In this document: positions 9,548 to 19,422 of the stretch, piece by piece
How positions within the stretch are numbered: position 1 is the first letter of the stretch
Layout of the letters: each line of letters opens with the position of its first letter
Origin: Gammaproteobacteria bacterium
Lineage (GTDB): Bacteria > Pseudomonadota > Gammaproteobacteria > Steroidobacterales > Rariloculaceae
Reading direction: 5' to 3'
Assembly (NCBI GenBank): GCA_022819855.1
Contig: JAJEGN010000005.1
Coordinates: forward strand, 69,724 to 133,723
DNA length: 64,000 bases
The notes under the pieces: generated by a model
Told to the model about the DNA's origin: nothing
The model's input: the letters and a program-made list of their open reading frames with translations, nothing else
Database searches by the model: none
Made by a program: the position numbers and the translations under genes

Positions 9548-10375
9548 TCAGTTAACAAGCGTTGCGAGCACTGCCGAGGTATCCGGCCGGTGCCCCCGCC
9601 AGATCAGATACGACTCCGCCGCCTGCTCGACGAGCATCCCCCAGCCCTGCTCGGCCTGACCTGCGCCGTGCGCGCGCGCCCAGGCGACGAACGGCGTGTC
9701 ATCGGCTCCGTAGGCCAGGTCGTAACAGAAGCTCCCCGGGGTGAGCAAAGTGCCGGGGAACGCGGGCTGCTCGCCCTTGAGTCCCGCCGATGTCGCGTTG
9801 ATTACGATGCTGAACGGCGGGAGCTTGCCGAGATCCTCGAAGGAGCTCACGATGATCTCGCCGAGTCCGAGGAACTCTTTTCTCAGATCGTAGGCGCGCT
9901 CCACGGTGCGGTTCGCGAGCCACAATTCGGAAGGCTCCCCGCCGAGCAACGGCCCGACGATGCCGCGGGCCGCTCCGCCCGCGCCGAGGATGAGCACTCG
10001 TCGGCCGGCGACGCTCTGCTTGAGGTTGACGGTCAGGTCGCGCATGAACCCGATGCCGTCGGTGTTGTCCCCGCGGATCGAGTCGTGCTCGATGCTCAGC
10101 GTGTTGACCGCCTGCGCGAGCGCAGCTTCCTGGCCGATGTGCTCCGATAGCCGATACGCTGCCCGCTTGTGCGGCACCGTGACGTTGAGTCCCTTGCCGC
10201 CGGACTCGAAGAATTCCCGCACGACCGACTCGAACTCGTCAGGCGCCGCGTCTATGAGATCGTAGGTCAGCCGATCGCCCGCCTGGCCCGCGAACATGCC
10301 ATGGATGAGCGGGGAACGGCTGTGGCGGATCGGATGGCCCACGACGGCGTAGCGATCCGGCTCAGGCGAATTCAA
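9548..10375 (-). CDS. aroE: Shikimate dehydrogenase
   Basis: 275 aa. Has YAVVGHPIRHSRSPLIHGMF at the N-terminus and the GAGGAARG NADP motif. Confidence 0.9.
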   Translation of the reverse strand: MNSPEPDRYAVVGHPIRHSRSPLIHGMFAGQAGDRLTYDLIDAAPDEFESVVREFFESGGKGLNVTVPHKRAAYRLSEHIGQEAALAQAVNTLSIEHDSIRGDNTDGIGFMRDLTVNLKQSVAGRRVLILGAGGAARGIVGPLLGGEPSELWLANRTVERAYDLRKEFLGLGEIIVSSFEDLGKLPPFSIVINATSAGLKGEQPAFPGTLLTPGSFCYDLAYGADDTPFVAWARAHGAGQAEQGWGMLVEQAAESYLIWRGHRPDTSAVLATLVN

Positions 10376-10517
10376 CGATCTCCTCCCTTGATCGGTCCGA
10401 CTTCAGGAGCCTGCGCTGGCGGGATGGCGCCATCGAACTGCCGCTTTCGCGCATCCTATTGGCACACACTCCTTGCGGGCTTGGATTTTCCACGGTTTCC
10501 GGTAGCTTTTCTAACCC

Positions 10518-11132
10518 ATGTCCCAGAAAAAGACCGATCAGGCCACCGTCACGCGCTGCCCCTGGAGCCTCGGCGTCAACGACACCATGCTCCGCTACCA
10601 CGACACCGAATGGGGCATCCTGGTCCGCGACGACCACCGGCACTTCGAGTTCCTGGTCCTCGAGAGCGCGCAGGCGGGCCTGAGCTGGCGCACGATTCTC
10701 GACAAGCGCGAGGGCTACCGCCGCGCGTTTGCCGGTTTCGACGTGGAACGCGTCGCCCGCTTCAACCGGCGTTCGGTCGAACGCCTCGTGGCCGATCCCC
10801 GCATCGTCAGAAACCGCCTCAAGATCGAGTCGGCGATCAACAACGCGCGGCAGTTTCTGGCCGTCCAGGAGGAATTCGGCAGCTTCACCGACTACATCTG
10901 GCGCTTCGTCGGCGGCGAAACGATTGTCAATCGCTGGCAGACGCAAACCGAAATGCCAGCAACGAGCACCGAGTCGGATCTTCTGAGCCGCGACCTCAAG
11001 TCCCGCGGCTTCAAGTTCGTGGGCTCGATAGTCGTCTATTCGCACATGCAGGCGACGGGGCTCGTCAACGACCACATCGTCGACTGCTTCCGGCATGCCG
11101 AGTGCGGGCTTGAGAGCTTGCCGTCGCAATAG
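10518..11132 (+). CDS. tag: DNA-3-methyladenine glycosylase I
   Basis: RCPW ... YHDTEWG ... FEFLVLESAQAGLSWRTIL is the typical Tag signature. Confidence 0.9.
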   Translation: MSQKKTDQATVTRCPWSLGVNDTMLRYHDTEWGILVRDDHRHFEFLVLESAQAGLSWRTILDKREGYRRAFAGFDVERVARFNRRSVERLVADPRIVRNRLKIESAINNARQFLAVQEEFGSFTDYIWRFVGGETIVNRWQTQTEMPATSTESDLLSRDLKSRGFKFVGSIVVYSHMQATGLVNDHIVDCFRHAECGLESLPSQ

Positions 11133-11139
11133 CCATAAT
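11110..11139 (+). promoter_or_regulatory. Putative sigma70 promoter of tRNA-Arg copy 1 (TTGAGA - 18 nt - CATAAT)
   Basis: TTGAGA at 11110-11115 and CATAAT at 11134-11139, ending 22 nt before the tRNA 5' end. The same block is duplicated at 28801-28830. It lies within the last codons of tag. Confidence 0.35.
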
Positions 11140-11161
11140 CCGGCTGATCACTTTCACGACC

Positions 11162-11237
11162 GCGCCCGTAGCTCAGTGGATAGAGCGCTGCCCTCCGGAG
11201 GCAGAAGTCGGGGGTTCGAATCCCTCCGGGCGCGCCA
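11162..11237 (+). tRNA. tRNA-Arg (anticodon CCG), CCA encoded
   Basis: 76-nt cloverleaf. Acceptor GCGCCCG/CGGGCGC. Anticodon stem CTGCC/GGCAG with loop CTCCGGA. T-arm GGGGG-TTCGAAT-CCCTC, discriminator G, then CCA. Confidence 0.95.
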
Positions 11238-11312
11238 ACCTTCGACGGTCCATTCCGGACACATGGTTTACAGTTTGCTCCGTGGACGAAACCACGCTCG
11301 CAGGAAATCACG

Positions 11313-11915
11313 ATGTCCGACCCGAAAATCACCGAACTCGAACAGCAAATCTCCGAGCTCACCGGAAAGCTGAACGAATTGCGCAAGGAGGCCGAGCCCC
11401 AGCCGGTGCCGGACTACCGCTTCGAAACGTTGAGCGGCGAAGTCTCCCTGCTCGATCTTTTCGCCGGCAAGCAGCAGTTGCTGGCCATACACAACATGGG
11501 CCAGGGATGCCGCTACTGCACCTTGTGGGCGGACGGCTTCAACGGCTTGCTTGCGCACCTGGAGACCGCCATGTCCGTGGTGTTGCTGTCCAGCGACCCT
11601 CCCCAGCTACAACGCGACTTCGCAAGCTCCCGCAACTGGCGCTTCCGCCTCGCTTCCCACGGCGGCGGCCGCTACATCAGCGAGCAGACCGTGATGGAGG
11701 GCGTGGACAACATGCCCGGTGCGGTGGTCTACGAGCGTTCGGGCGACCAGGTGTTCCGCAAGAACAGCACCGTATTCGGGCCCGGCGATCTCTACTGTAC
11801 GTTCTGGCCGCTGCTTGCGCTCGCGGGCATCGACCAGGCCCAGTGGACGCCCCAGTTCCGCTACTGGACGCCTCCGGCGACCATGGATGACGGCGGGGAG
11901 AACCTGCTCGAGTAG
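11313..11915 (+). CDS. DUF899-like thioredoxin-fold protein
   Basis: N-terminal coiled segment, then YRFETLSGEVSLLDLF...QGCRYCTLWADGFNGLLAHL. This is the layout typical of DUF899 proteins. Confidence 0.65.
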   Translation: MSDPKITELEQQISELTGKLNELRKEAEPQPVPDYRFETLSGEVSLLDLFAGKQQLLAIHNMGQGCRYCTLWADGFNGLLAHLETAMSVVLLSSDPPQLQRDFASSRNWRFRLASHGGGRYISEQTVMEGVDNMPGAVVYERSGDQVFRKNSTVFGPGDLYCTFWPLLALAGIDQAQWTPQFRYWTPPATMDDGGENLLE

Positions 11916-11925
11916 CAAGGCGAAG

Positions 11926-12996
11926 TTACGCGGTCCAATCGATAAGCCCGCCGAGCAATGAAGGATCCTTGTTCCACACGAGCTCGTAGGCCGCCGGAAT
12001 CTCTTCCACCGAAAACCGGTGACTGATCAATGGGCGAACATCCAGAGATCCGTAGCGCATGAGGTTGAGAATCGCGCGGATGTCTTCGCCGGTGGTCCAG
12101 ACGTCGCGGTTGACGTACGGTGCGGAGCCCTCGGCTACGACGGGCGGCCACTCGCTGATCGCGATGTCCGTGCGGTGAAGCGCCCAGGGTTTCGAGTTCA
12201 CATATCCGCCGATCAGGACGGCGCCCTTCATCATCAGCGATTGGGTGATGTTCGGCTCGACGTCGCCATGCACGGTCGACAGCATCATGACTCGGCCGCG
12301 TTCGCTCACGAGTTCAACCGCCTGCTCGAGTGGCCCGCGCAATCCCGTGGCTTCGAGAACCACCGGAATTCCACCCAGACCGAGTGCGTCGACGACGTTC
12401 ACCAGCTCCTCCGGCTGAGTGACCGGATTGATCGCAATGTGGGCGCCGAGCTTTCTCGCCATCTCGAGTCTTGTGTCGTCGATGTCGGTGACGATGACCG
12501 GCACCGCGCCGGCAATACGCGCCATCTGCGCAGCCAGCGCGCCGACGAGCCCCTGGCCCATGATCAGCGCCGGTTCGCCAAGTTCCAGTTTGCTGCGCCG
12601 AATGCCGAAGAGCGCGGCCTGAGCGAGATTGAAGAAAGCCGCCTGCTCGAGATCGGTACCTTCGGGAACGGGAACCACAAGCCGTTCGTCGAGAAGCTGG
12701 TAATCGGCGTGCCTTGCGAGCGCGACCACCTGGTCGCCCGGCTTGTACATGACAACATCCGAACCGACATCGACAACAGTTGCGGCGAGGCTGTAGCCGA
12801 TGTCCTGCGGCAGCGGCAGGATGTGTCCGGCCATCAGCGTACTCTCGGTCCCCGGACTCAGCGTGCTGAACTCCGCCTTGAGCAACAGTTCGTTCGCTGA
12901 TGGAGCGCCGATCTCCGCGCCCTTGAGGACGACCTTCCCCACGCTCTCGACATGTGCAAACAGGCTCTTCAAGGTCACTCCCGGGCGGGTCGCCAC
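11926..12996 (-). CDS. Zinc-type/medium-chain alcohol dehydrogenase family oxidoreductase
   Basis: 356 aa with an MDR layout and the GQGLVGALAAQMARIAGA Rossmann motif. Confidence 0.75.
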   Translation of the reverse strand: MATRPGVTLKSLFAHVESVGKVVLKGAEIGAPSANELLLKAEFSTLSPGTESTLMAGHILPLPQDIGYSLAATVVDVGSDVVMYKPGDQVVALARHADYQLLDERLVVPVPEGTDLEQAAFFNLAQAALFGIRRSKLELGEPALIMGQGLVGALAAQMARIAGAVPVIVTDIDDTRLEMARKLGAHIAINPVTQPEELVNVVDALGLGGIPVVLEATGLRGPLEQAVELVSERGRVMMLSTVHGDVEPNITQSLMMKGAVLIGGYVNSKPWALHRTDIAISEWPPVVAEGSAPYVNRDVWTTGEDIRAILNLMRYGSLDVRPLISHRFSVEEIPAAYELVWNKDPSLLGGLIDWTA

Positions 12997-13089
12997 TGCC
13001 GACCGCTATTTCACATCACCCGTTGAGGAATTCCCAGACATGCCTGCTGCTATCATCGCGCGGACTTCGAAAACTCCCCTGAAGCGGCG

Positions 13090-14250
13090 ATGCAGATCAT
13101 GATTCGAAAGCCCTGGACACTGGTTCCTGCAATCGTGGCAGCGCTGATTGCCTGTCACGCATCGGCCCAGGTGCCGACTACCCAAACGGCCGTCGTGCAA
13201 ACGCGCAACGGAGGGCCGGAGGTTCTGGAGTTGCAGACGGTGCCGGTGCTTGAGCCGGGTCCGGGCCAGGTCCTGATCAGGGTCCACGCTGCCGCGGTCA
13301 ATCCGGTGGATTGGCGGATGCGCGAGGGTTACCGTGGGAGGCAACCGGCGCCCGGAGACGAAGCCCCGCCCGGAAGCCCCGCAGCGCAGGAAGGCCAGGC
13401 GGCGCCGGCAGGCCAGGAACCGCGCCGAAGACCGCCTCCGGTCGAACCGCCCGTCCGGATTCCGGGGTTCGACGCCGCAGGGACGATAGCCGCGATCGGT
13501 CCCGACGTGACGGGAGTGTCGGTAGGTGACGCGGTCTTCACGATGATCGGGATGATCCGCGTCGACGGATTGAACGGGGGATATTCCGAGTACGTGGTCG
13601 CGCCGGCCGATCGTTCCCTTCCGATGCCCGACGGGTTCACGTTCGCCGAAGCTGCGGGACTGGGTACGGTCGGTCTCGCGGCCGCACGCGTTCTGGTCCC
13701 GGTAGACATCCAGCCGGGTCAGCGCGTGTTCGTCAACGGAATCGCCGGCGGCGTGGGCAGTTCCGCGGCGCAGATCGCGAAGGCGCGGGGCGCGATCGTG
13801 ATCGGCACGGCGTCGGCGCGTCACCACGAGTACCTCGAGTCGATCGGCGTCGACCAGATCGTCGATTACACGCAGGTCGATTTCGAAGACGTCGTGGAGC
13901 CCGTCGACCTGTACGTGGAAACGGTAGGTCCTGAATTCGCAACCCGCGGCCTGCAGATCATCAAGCCTGGCGGCGCGATCGCAAGCGTGGTCGGCGTGCC
14001 CGCTGCCGAGCTTTGCACGCAGGCGGAAGTGGATTGCCCCGAACTCGGTCCGCCCGATGCGCAGCCGGAGGGGGGCGCCATGTCGGAACCTGCGCTGTTG
14101 GAGCGCGTTCGGCAACTTGCGGACGAGGGCAGTTTCCAAATCAACGTCGACCGGGCGTTTCCGCTTGCCGAGGCCGGAGCCGCGCAGGAGTACAACCGGG
14201 AAGGCCACACGACGGGCAAGGTTATCCTGATCGTCCGCGAGGAAATCTGA
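13090..14250 (+). CDS. Quinone-oxidoreductase-like MDR protein with signal-peptide-like N-terminus and a Pro/Ala-rich insertion
   Basis: Shows QVLIRVHAAAVNPVDW and the C-terminal GKVILIV. The N-terminus WTLVPAIVAALIACHASAQ looks like a Sec signal. The insertion is RGRQPAPGDEAPPGSPAAQEGQAAPAGQEPRRRPPPVEPP. Confidence 0.7.
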   Translation: MQIMIRKPWTLVPAIVAALIACHASAQVPTTQTAVVQTRNGGPEVLELQTVPVLEPGPGQVLIRVHAAAVNPVDWRMREGYRGRQPAPGDEAPPGSPAAQEGQAAPAGQEPRRRPPPVEPPVRIPGFDAAGTIAAIGPDVTGVSVGDAVFTMIGMIRVDGLNGGYSEYVVAPADRSLPMPDGFTFAEAAGLGTVGLAAARVLVPVDIQPGQRVFVNGIAGGVGSSAAQIAKARGAIVIGTASARHHEYLESIGVDQIVDYTQVDFEDVVEPVDLYVETVGPEFATRGLQIIKPGGAIASVVGVPAAELCTQAEVDCPELGPPDAQPEGGAMSEPALLERVRQLADEGSFQINVDRAFPLAEAGAAQEYNREGHTTGKVILIVREEI

Positions 14251-14433
14251 GCGATTCTTCCGGCGCGACAACGGCGCGTCGGACAGGAGCCATCCAGCGA
14301 CGGGATGACCACTCTTCCCCGTACTGGAATCCGTCCGCCCGATAGGAACCATCCGCAAGCGCGATTCGTCCCCGCTTTCCTCAGTCGTTACCATTCGGCG
14401 TTCGCCGGAGTCACCCCGGAACGAGGCTGAGAC

Positions 14434-16353
14434 GTGTCAACCCACGATGTCGTCGTGATGGGCGCGGGCCACAATGGGCTCGTCGCTGCGGCGTACCTCG
14501 CAAAGGCCGGCAAGAGCGTGCTGGTCCTGGAGCGCAAGCCGCACTACGGCGGCGGCGTCGCCACGCGCGAACTGACGCTGCCCGGCTACCTGCACGACGA
14601 GCACAGCACTGTCCACATCATGCTCCAGGGCAACCCGCTGCTGCGGGAGGACGAACTGGGCCTCATCGGCGAATTCGGCCTGAAATACCACTACCCCGAG
14701 TTGCCCTGGGCAACGATCTTCGCCGACGGTCGGGTCATCCGTTGCTGGAAGGATCTCGACCGCACCTGCGAGGGCATCGCCGAATTTTCGCCTCGCGACG
14801 CCGAGGCCTACCGCAAGTTCGCCCGGGCGAGCCAAAAGGCGCTGCCGATGCTGACGGCGGGGCTGTACGCTCCACCATCGCCGCTTGGCGCGTTCACCGC
14901 GATGATGGATCAGAGCGACGAAGGACGCTTCATGCTCGACATCATGTCGCGCAGTGCGCTGGACGTGGTCGACCTGTTCTTCGAAAGCGACCTGATGAAG
15001 CTGCATATCGTGCGCATGGTCACCGAAAATCTGCAGATGCCGGACGAACTCGGCACCGGCATGGGCGCGTTCCTGATGCCCGGGATCATGCATACCTACG
15101 GCGTGTCGCAGCCGATTGGCGGCTCGGGTGAGTTGTCGCACGCACTCGTGCGTTGCATCGAACACTACGGCGGCGAGGTCCGCTGCGAATCGGAGGTCGC
15201 GCGGGTGATCGTGAGTTCGGGCCGGGCGACCGGACTGGAACTCGTCTCCGGTGAGCAGTGCCTCGCGAACGACGGAGTGATCGGCGCCATCCACCCGCAC
15301 GTCCTGCGCAAGTTCGTCGACGGCGTGCCGGAAGCCGTTCTCCAACGCGCCGAGAACGTTACGCTCTCGACGTTCTCTCTCCTGATAACGCACATGGCGC
15401 TCAAGGAGCGCGCCCGCCTCAGGGCCGAGGCGGGCGAAGGCGCCGTGATGACGGAACTCGTCGCCGACGACAACCTCGGCGAGCTGCTTGACGATTACGA
15501 CGAGCTGCGCCGAGGCCGTGTTCCGAAACGCCGGCTGATCGCCGGCGGCGACAACGCGGGCAACGATCCGAGCCGGGCGCCCGAGGGAGCGGGCGTCTTC
15601 TACGGCGTCACGTTCGCGCCCTACAACTTGCGCGCCGGCGGCCCCGCGAGATGGGACGACTACAAGGAACAGTGCGCGGACGAGAGCCTCGAGTACTATC
15701 GCAGGTTCTTCACGAACCTGACCGACGACAACATCCTTGCCCGCGTCGTTCGCTCGCCTCTCGACCACGAACGCGAAAGCCCGAACAGTTTCGTGAAGGG
15801 CGACGCGCACGGCTGCGCGCCGTTCATGTACCAGTCGCTCGGTCACCGCCCGACGCCCGACCTTGGTCAGTTCACGGTGCCGGGTGTCGAAGGCCTGTAT
15901 CTCGTCGGCCCGTTCCAGCACCCGGGCGGCGGCGTATTCGGGGCGGGCCGCGCCACGGCGATCCGAATGTTCGACGACTTCGGGATGGACTTCGACGGTA
16001 CCTTCGCGGGCGGGTCGGATGACGGTACGACGAGAACCGTGTCGGCGCCGGCATCGGCGGACGCGAGTACTGCTCCCGACGATTCGGGGATGCCGCGCGA
16101 CGCCGCGCGACCGGGGCGGCAGGGTTCCGCGGCCGACGACGCGGACATGCGCCTCTACGACGCCAACGACGCAGAGCTCATGTCCGTCAGCGACATCGAC
16201 CGTGACGCCAACACGCTCGTGATCAGGGGCAAGACCTTCGGCACGATGCCGATGACCGCGAAACTGCGACCGGGCGACGTGCGCAAGGGCATGAAGCTTC
16301 TCGGTCTGCGGAAACTGTTGTTCCTCGTCACCTTGCCGTTCCGGCGAAACTGA
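14434..16353 (+). CDS. Phytoene-desaturase (CrtI)-family FAD/NAD(P)-dependent oxidoreductase with ~110-aa C-terminal extension
   Basis: GTG start. Has the VVVMGAGHNGLVAAAYLAKAGKSVLVLERKPHYGG dinucleotide-binding motif. Confidence 0.8.
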   Translation: MSTHDVVVMGAGHNGLVAAAYLAKAGKSVLVLERKPHYGGGVATRELTLPGYLHDEHSTVHIMLQGNPLLREDELGLIGEFGLKYHYPELPWATIFADGRVIRCWKDLDRTCEGIAEFSPRDAEAYRKFARASQKALPMLTAGLYAPPSPLGAFTAMMDQSDEGRFMLDIMSRSALDVVDLFFESDLMKLHIVRMVTENLQMPDELGTGMGAFLMPGIMHTYGVSQPIGGSGELSHALVRCIEHYGGEVRCESEVARVIVSSGRATGLELVSGEQCLANDGVIGAIHPHVLRKFVDGVPEAVLQRAENVTLSTFSLLITHMALKERARLRAEAGEGAVMTELVADDNLGELLDDYDELRRGRVPKRRLIAGGDNAGNDPSRAPEGAGVFYGVTFAPYNLRAGGPARWDDYKEQCADESLEYYRRFFTNLTDDNILARVVRSPLDHERESPNSFVKGDAHGCAPFMYQSLGHRPTPDLGQFTVPGVEGLYLVGPFQHPGGGVFGAGRATAIRMFDDFGMDFDGTFAGGSDDGTTRTVSAPASADASTAPDDSGMPRDAARPGRQGSAADDADMRLYDANDAELMSVSDIDRDANTLVIRGKTFGTMPMTAKLRPGDVRKGMKLLGLRKLLFLVTLPFRRN

Positions 16354-16362
16354 CGGCCGCGT

Positions 16363-17106
16363 ATGGCGAAGTCGCACGAAGGGCGCGTGGCGATCCTGAC
16401 AGGCGGGGCCGGCGGGCTCGGCAGGCACTTCACGCGTGCGCTGGCGGAGGCCGGTTGCGACGTTGCGATTGCCGACATCGCGGATGCTTCCGACGCGGTC
16501 GCCGACGTCGAGGCAGACGGGAGGCGCGGCTATAGCGAGATCTGCGACCTGTCCGACGCCGACGCCGTACGTGCGTTCGCCAACAACGTCCTCGACGAGT
16601 TCGGGCGCGTCGATATTCTCGTCAACAATGCGGCGTATCTGCCCCTGATCCCGTACGAGGAACTCGAGATCGAGCAGTTCAGGAAGTTCGAAGCCGTGAA
16701 CGTCGAAGCGTCCCTGCTGCTGGCCCAGGCAATCACCCCCGGCATGAAGGAGCGCGGTTACGGCCGCATCGTGCAGATCGCTTCGAGCACGCTCGGCACG
16801 CCGATGCCGGGCTTCCTCCCCTACATCACGACCAAGGCCGCAGGCGTCGGCCTCGTGCGGGCACTCGCGGCGGAACTCGGACCCTACGGAATCACGGTGA
16901 ACGCGCTGTCGCCAGGACTCACGCGCACGCCAGAGGCGGAAAGGAACATACCGGCCGAGCAGTTCGATGCCGTTCGCGAACGGCAGTTGATCAAGCGGAC
17001 CGAGGAGCCCGAGGATCTCTGCGGTGCACTGCTGTACCTGACATCGGACGACAGCGGATTCGTCACGGGACAGACGATCAATTGCGACGGCGGGGTAGTC
17101 TTCTGA
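16363..17106 (+). CDS. Short-chain dehydrogenase/reductase
   Basis: TGGAGGLG cofactor motif and YITTK (YxxxK) catalytic motif; 247 aa. Confidence 0.85.
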   Translation: MAKSHEGRVAILTGGAGGLGRHFTRALAEAGCDVAIADIADASDAVADVEADGRRGYSEICDLSDADAVRAFANNVLDEFGRVDILVNNAAYLPLIPYEELEIEQFRKFEAVNVEASLLLAQAITPGMKERGYGRIVQIASSTLGTPMPGFLPYITTKAAGVGLVRALAAELGPYGITVNALSPGLTRTPEAERNIPAEQFDAVRERQLIKRTEEPEDLCGALLYLTSDDSGFVTGQTINCDGGVVF

Positions 17107-17108
17107 CC

Positions 17109-17882
17109 ATGAGCACCAGCAAACTCGTCATATTCCATCACCTGCCCGACAACAACGACCGGCCGGCGCTCGAGCGCTGGTTCGCGGAGCGGCACTGCCC
17201 GGAGGTCTGTGCGCAGGTCCCCTGGACGACCCGCTACCTGTTGTACCGTCCGGTGCCGCCGCCGCCCGGGGCGAAGGACTACGGCTACATCAACTACCGC
17301 GTTCACGAGAACTGGGTGCGGAGCCCCGAAGACCGGCGCGGGGTCAATGGACTACTGTCGTTCTCGCACCAGCCGGGCTACATGGACGTGGCGGTAGCCA
17401 ACGTGCCGGGCGAACCCACCGAGGACTTCCTCGGCGCGGAACTGCGTCATGACGACAAGACGATCCTGCGCTGGGTGACGCTGTTTCGCTACCCGGACCG
17501 CGTCCCGGTCGAAGAGGGTGAAGACTGGTACCTGAACGTCCACGTCCCCGAGGTCTGCAAGCAGCCCGGCCTGACCCGATTCTTCAGCCACAGGGTGCTG
17601 ACCGGTCAGACGATCCCGCGTTCGAGCGGGCAGCGTCCGTTCTTCGACAAGGTGCCGCCCCTGATCACGAAGTCCTGGCACCGGCTTTCGGAACTCTGGT
17701 ACGAGAACGACGCCGGCTGGGTCGACTCGATCCTGACTAACCCGCCTGCCTATACGCCCGCGCCCTGGGCTGCGGGGAGCCGCTACCCGTTCCTCGTGCC
17801 TGGCGAGGAGTTCGTCAGTACGTTTCTGCTGGAACGGCCGGATCAGGACCTGCTGCAGATGAGGAGCCTGCGCTACTTCTGA
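17109..17882 (+). CDS. Tandem EthD-like (dimeric alpha/beta-barrel) protein, paralogue 1
   Basis: Start moved to ATG 17109 (MSTSKLVIFHH). Two repeats of the pattern ERWFAERHCPEV / EDWYLNVHVPEVCKQPGLTRFFSH. Clear paralogue of 19665..20465. Confidence 0.5.
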   Translation: MSTSKLVIFHHLPDNNDRPALERWFAERHCPEVCAQVPWTTRYLLYRPVPPPPGAKDYGYINYRVHENWVRSPEDRRGVNGLLSFSHQPGYMDVAVANVPGEPTEDFLGAELRHDDKTILRWVTLFRYPDRVPVEEGEDWYLNVHVPEVCKQPGLTRFFSHRVLTGQTIPRSSGQRPFFDKVPPLITKSWHRLSELWYENDAGWVDSILTNPPAYTPAPWAAGSRYPFLVPGEEFVSTFLLERPDQDLLQMRSLRYF

Positions 17883-17972
17883 TTGCCGCCGACGAGTGCC
17901 TGGCCTGTTCGCGGCCATCCCACGCCGAGTCGCCGGCGGACATGCATCCGACCTGCGTCAGCGACAAGGGCG

Positions 17973-18383
17973 TTAACCGTCTTCCACGAACTCGATGAGA
18001 TTGCCGGCGCAGTCGCGGATGAAGAAGCCCGTACCGAAGTCTTCCCGCACGACCATGGCCACATCGGCGTCCTTCTCCGTCATCTGCGTGAGGAAGGCTT
18101 CTGCATCGTCCACGCGGAAGGCCACGTGCTTGTTGCCGTGGGTCTTGAGGTCGCGATCGGGATAGCGGCGGTCTTCGGGCAGCGGCTTGGCGTCGAGCAC
18201 CTCGAACAGCTCGAACCGCAGGTCGCCCTTGCGGATCATGACGACCTTGGCGTTGGCGCCGGGAATGGCAAACCTTCGCTCGACCTCGAAGCCCAGCATC
18301 TCGCGATACCAGTCGATGGCTTCATCGAGATCCGGCACGCTGACGCCGCCGTGATGAAAGTCGAAAGTCGGATCCGCTGCCAT
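17973..18383 (-). CDS. Glyoxalase/bleomycin-resistance/VOC family protein
   Basis: 136 aa. FHHGGVSVPDLDEAIDWY ... HVAFRVDD follows the pattern of VOC metal-binding modules. Confidence 0.8.
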   Translation of the reverse strand: MAADPTFDFHHGGVSVPDLDEAIDWYREMLGFEVERRFAIPGANAKVVMIRKGDLRFELFEVLDAKPLPEDRRYPDRDLKTHGNKHVAFRVDDAEAFLTQMTEKDADVAMVVREDFGTGFFIRDCAGNLIEFVEDG

Positions 18384-18495
18384 GTGGGTTCTTGTTGTCA
18401 GTTCAGGTCAGGACGAGTTCCGCATCGTACAGCAGGGAGTGTCGGGAAACGTATCGATTTTTTCGATAGGTGGTATTTGCCTGCGGTCTGATTCG

Positions 18496-19422
18496 CTACA
18501 CGAGCTTGCTTGCGGTTTCGGTGAACATTTCCCGCAACCACGCGTGTCCCGCGTCGAACTCGTGGCGCTTGTGCCAGATGAGGACCTCGTTCAACGGCGG
18601 AAAATCGACCGGCGGCTGCATGATCCTGACATCGACGTTCCTGGACAGCGACCGGGCCAGGCGCCGCGGAATCAGGGCGATCAGATCCGTGCCGGGCACC
18701 ATGAATACCAGCGTCGAGAAGTTCGGCGCCGCCGCCCGAATGTCGATATCCATGGAAATCTGGGCGTGTGAAATCTCTTCGAGCGTCGGTACGCGTCGGC
18801 CGAAGTCGTGGGAAACGTGCGGAAGACTGGTGTAGTCCTCAAGCGTCAGTTCGTCGCCGATATGCGGGTGATCGGCATCAGCCACGCACACCCAGTCGTC
18901 CTCGAACAGTTCATCGACGTTGAGGTTCTCCGATACGAGCGTCGATTCGCTTTTCGGGTCGACCAGGGCCCGGATCATCAGGTCCGCCCGGCCGGTTTCC
19001 AGCCGTTCGTGATCGCGCCCGCCGAGCATCGCGACCTGGATCTTGATGCCCGGCGCCTCGCTCGAAATTCGGCGAATGACTTCGGGCACGAGTACGGTTG
19101 CCACGTAATCGCTCATGAGCACGGTAAACGACCGCCTGGCCGTCGTTGGGTCGAATTCAGGTTCCGTATCGATGGTGTTTTGAATCTCGAGCAGAATTTC
19201 GCGCACGGGCGCGATCAGCGCCGTGGCGCGCGGCGTCAACTCCATCGATCTGCCCACGCGTATCAGCAAGGGATCGTTGAATCGTTCCCGCAGCCTTTGC
19301 AAGGCGCCGCTCATCGCGGGCTGGGACATGAACAAGCGCTCGGACGCGCGCGTGACGTTCTTCTCCTCGAGCAGGGCGTCGAGCGCGACGAGCAGATTCA
19401 GATCGAAGCGATTGAAATGCAT
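18496..19422 (-). CDS. LysR-family transcriptional regulator
   Basis: N-terminal HTH FDLNLLVALDALLEEKNVTRASERLFMSQPAMSGALQRLR. 308 aa, divergent from the EthD-like gene at 19665. Confidence 0.9.
   Translation of the reverse strand: MHFNRFDLNLLVALDALLEEKNVTRASERLFMSQPAMSGALQRLRERFNDPLLIRVGRSMELTPRATALIAPVREILLEIQNTIDTEPEFDPTTARRSFTVLMSDYVATVLVPEVIRRISSEAPGIKIQVAMLGGRDHERLETGRADLMIRALVDPKSESTLVSENLNVDELFEDDWVCVADADHPHIGDELTLEDYTSLPHVSHDFGRRVPTLEEISHAQISMDIDIRAAAPNFSTLVFMVPGTDLIALIPRRLARSLSRNVDVRIMQPPVDFPPLNEVLIWHKRHEFDAGHAWLREMFTETASKLV

Noticed and set aside
11282-11890. 202-aa ORF overlapping the DUF899 gene in another frame.
   Set aside because: It is Arg/Pro/Ala-rich with no motifs, and the alternative frame at 11313..11915 has the DUF899 pattern.
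14437-16428. 663-aa ORF antisense to the CrtI-family gene. Similar long antisense or out-of-frame ORFs occur at 6120-7646, 20568-22409, 23305-24702, 33768-35216, 46960-48576 and 50593-52623.
   Set aside because: They are Arg/Ala/Pro-rich low-information translations, typical of stop-codon-poor frames in high-GC DNA. Each overlaps a sense-strand gene with clear family motifs.
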